The notes beneath the pieces are model-generated. The model searched no databases, had not been told where the DNA came from, and worked only from the letters and a program-made list of their open reading frames with translations. This document shows positions 36,163 through 37,980 of a DNA stretch of 37,980 nucleotides, piece by piece (the first letter of the stretch is position 1; each line of letters begins with the position of its first letter). This stretch comes from a virus, in IMG/VR virus record IMGVR_UViG_3300014537_000008, one strand, 5' to 3'. Both the position numbers and the translations under genes were made by a program.

Positions 36163-36176
36163 ATGGGAGGTAAAAG

Positions 36177-36470
36177 ATGCTAGAGAAAGATATTGAGTCC
36201 TGGCTAGGGAAGCAGGTTGAATCTCTAGGTGGGTTGAATTTAAAATTTATTTCCCCGGGGAACCCTGGTGTACCAGATCGAATTTATATTTTCCAGGGGG
36301 GTCAAGTTTGGTTTGTAGAACTCAAGCAGGAATTGGGTCGGCTAGCCAATATCCAAAAGTGGCAAAGGGAGCGACTGATAAAGCTCGGATGTAACTATCG
36401 TTTAGTACGTGGCATGGCAGATGCTAAGGTCTTTGCGGAGGGGGTGCAGCATGATATATTATCCCCATAG
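36177..36470 (+). CDS. VRR-NUC domain nuclease
   Basis: GVPDRIYIFQGGQVWFVELK motif; GGGAGGT RBS. Confidence 0.75.
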   Translation: MLEKDIESWLGKQVESLGGLNLKFISPGNPGVPDRIYIFQGGQVWFVELKQELGRLANIQKWQRERLIKLGCNYRLVRGMADAKVFAEGVQHDILSP

Positions 36471-37830
36471 CTATCAGCTGTATGCAAAAGATAGGATCAT
36501 TGATCTCAAAGCATGTGGGCTATTTTTGGAGCCTGGCCTCGGAAAAACATCGATTGCGTTGACAGCAATTAACGAATTGATTTATGAAAGGTTTGAGGTA
36601 TCCAAAGTCCTAGTCATCGCCCCAAAACGCGTAGCGGAGGACACCTGGACGTCGGAAGCTGAAAAATGGGACCACCTGCAACACTTACGGATATCAAAGG
36701 TTTTGGGGTCGGCTTCCCAGCGAATTGACGCGTTAAAAATGGATGCCGACATTTATGTGATGAACCGAGAAAATGTCTGTTGGCTGATCGAGTATCTGGG
36801 GAAAAACTGGGATTTTGATATGTTAGTGGTCGATGAATTATCATCGTTTAAATCCAACCAGGCAAAACGTTTCAGAGCCCTTCGCAGGGTTCGGCCATTG
36901 GTATCCCGTTTTGTTGGTTTAACCGGAACGCCTGCGCCTAATGGATTGATGGACCTTTGGCCGGAAGTATACCTGATTGACATGGGGGAGCGCTTAGGTA
37001 AGACGATTTCTGGGTACAGGGAGCGATACTTTTATCCTGCAAAAAGTAACGGATACGCAGTTTATAGCTGGGAACCAAAGCCTGGAGCTCAAGAGGTGAT
37101 TCACCAAAAAATATCTGACGTCTGTATATCCATGCGAGCTGGGGACTATCTGGGTCTGCGCGAGCCGATTATCCGGGATGTCAAAATCCGACTCAGCCCT
37201 GATGAGGTGCAATTATACAAACGTCTTGAAAGAGAGAAGCTGTTGTCGATTGGTGAATCAGAAATTACGGCCTTTACCGCGGCCTCCGTCTGGGGCAAGC
37301 TCTTGCAGATGGCAAATGGAGCTGTTTACGACAAGGGTGGTGATGTGGTTGAAATCCATCAAAAAAAGTTGGAGGCGTTGGAGGATATCGTTGAAGAGGC
37401 TAATGGCAGTCCTGTTATGGTGGTGTACAATTACAAGCATGACTATGACCGTCTAATGCGTCGGTTTGCGGCATACAGGCCCCGAACGTTACAAGGGCAA
37501 CAGGATATCCGAGATTGGAATGCGGAGAAAATACCATTGCTGCTAGCGCAGCCGGCCAGTATGGGTCATGGCCTAAATATTCAGGACGGGGGGCACATTA
37601 TTGTATGGTTCGGGCTTAATCCTAGTTTGGAATTATACCAACAAACCAATGACCGATTGCAGCGACAGGGACAAAAGGCGCTTGTGATTATCATCCGGCT
37701 GATCTGCGAGGGTACAGTGGATGAAGATGTGATTCAAAAGCTTAGTGCTAAAGACGCAAACCAGTTGAGCTTGCTGGAAGCAGTCAAGGCGAGAATACGG
37801 AGGGTAAAAGATGACAACGGAACAGTTTGA
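36451..37830 (+). CDS. SNF2-family DEAD/DEAH-box helicase; track start 36409
   Basis: GLGKT Walker A; DELS (DEAH-like) box; helicase C motifs; GGAGGGGG RBS before ATG 36451. Confidence 0.8.
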   Translation: MIYYPHSYQLYAKDRIIDLKACGLFLEPGLGKTSIALTAINELIYERFEVSKVLVIAPKRVAEDTWTSEAEKWDHLQHLRISKVLGSASQRIDALKMDADIYVMNRENVCWLIEYLGKNWDFDMLVVDELSSFKSNQAKRFRALRRVRPLVSRFVGLTGTPAPNGLMDLWPEVYLIDMGERLGKTISGYRERYFYPAKSNGYAVYSWEPKPGAQEVIHQKISDVCISMRAGDYLGLREPIIRDVKIRLSPDEVQLYKRLEREKLLSIGESEITAFTAASVWGKLLQMANGAVYDKGGDVVEIHQKKLEALEDIVEEANGSPVMVVYNYKHDYDRLMRRFAAYRPRTLQGQQDIRDWNAEKIPLLLAQPASMGHGLNIQDGGHIIVWFGLNPSLELYQQTNDRLQRQGQKALVIIIRLICEGTVDEDVIQKLSAKDANQLSLLEAVKARIRRVKDDNGTV

Positions 37831-37980
37831 ACAAATTATAGGGAGCCAGTTAGAGCATTGTCGATTGGTACTTTGTCAAAAAGCAGAGGAGTATGCTACA
37901 GTGGATCGGCTGCATAATTTTCGTATAGCGGCATTGCTGGAGGGGATTCTGGATCGGCAAGCATTGGCGGGTATGATGGC
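37811..37980 (+). CDS. 5' part of the hypothetical protein that continues at 1..213 across the circular junction
   Basis: ATG 37811 overlaps the helicase end; frame is continuous into the terminal repeat. Confidence 0.5.
   Translation, partial: MTTEQFEQIIGSQLEHCRLVLCQKAEEYATVDRLHNFRIAALLEGILDRQALAGMM
37895..37980. repeat. terminal copy of the 86-bp direct repeat (identical to 1-86)
   Basis: Exact identity. Confidence 0.9.

Noticed and set aside
1-37980. CRISPR arrays, tRNA or rRNA genes
   Set aside because: No spacer-repeat periodicity and no cloverleaf-like conserved tRNA segments were noticed. The only dense repeats are the iterons (35883-36162), operator duplicates and protein-coding repeats. 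A tRNA scan was not possible, so absence is not proven.

Overview
The window is a complete, circularly closed genome of a temperate siphovirus-like phage of a Gram-positive (Clostridia/Bacilli-type) host. Positions 1-86 are identical to 37895-37980, so the unit length is 37,894 bp and one gene reads across the junction. Mostly on the + strand, the order is: small early/late regulator genes (292-1265); an ArpU/RinA-like late activator; a minus-strand cassette with an XRE regulator and small membrane peptides; terminase small and large subunits (PBSX family); portal; minor head protein; scaffold; HK97-fold major capsid; head-tail joining genes; major tail protein; chaperones; TP901-type tape measure; Dit; Tal; a BppU-type fibre; a PBSX-like lysis cassette (XhlA/BhlA-like, holin, amidase endolysin); a radical-SAM-like gene; a minus-strand accessory island (21.4-24.6 kb); tyrosine integrase; an antirepressor; a CI/Cro-like switch; and a replication module (ParB-like, DUF2800 nuclease, DUF2815, family-A DNA polymerase, primase/VirE helicase, iteron origin, VRR-NUC, SNF2 helicase). 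The most unusual features are: (i) three promoters of the same design, a consensus -35/-10 whose 17-nt spacer is a palindromic operator, driving minus-strand operons of very acidic small proteins with HTH regulators (an Acr/Aca-like layout), and a 42-aa membrane peptide with an XRE gene; (ii) an antirepressor gene broken by two compensating homopolymer indels; (iii) an iteron array with a (CG)10 tract; (iv) candidate attP and small-RNA elements flanking int. No tRNA, rRNA or CRISPR array was seen. All calls come from reading the sequence and ORF translations against remembered family signatures; no database search was run.
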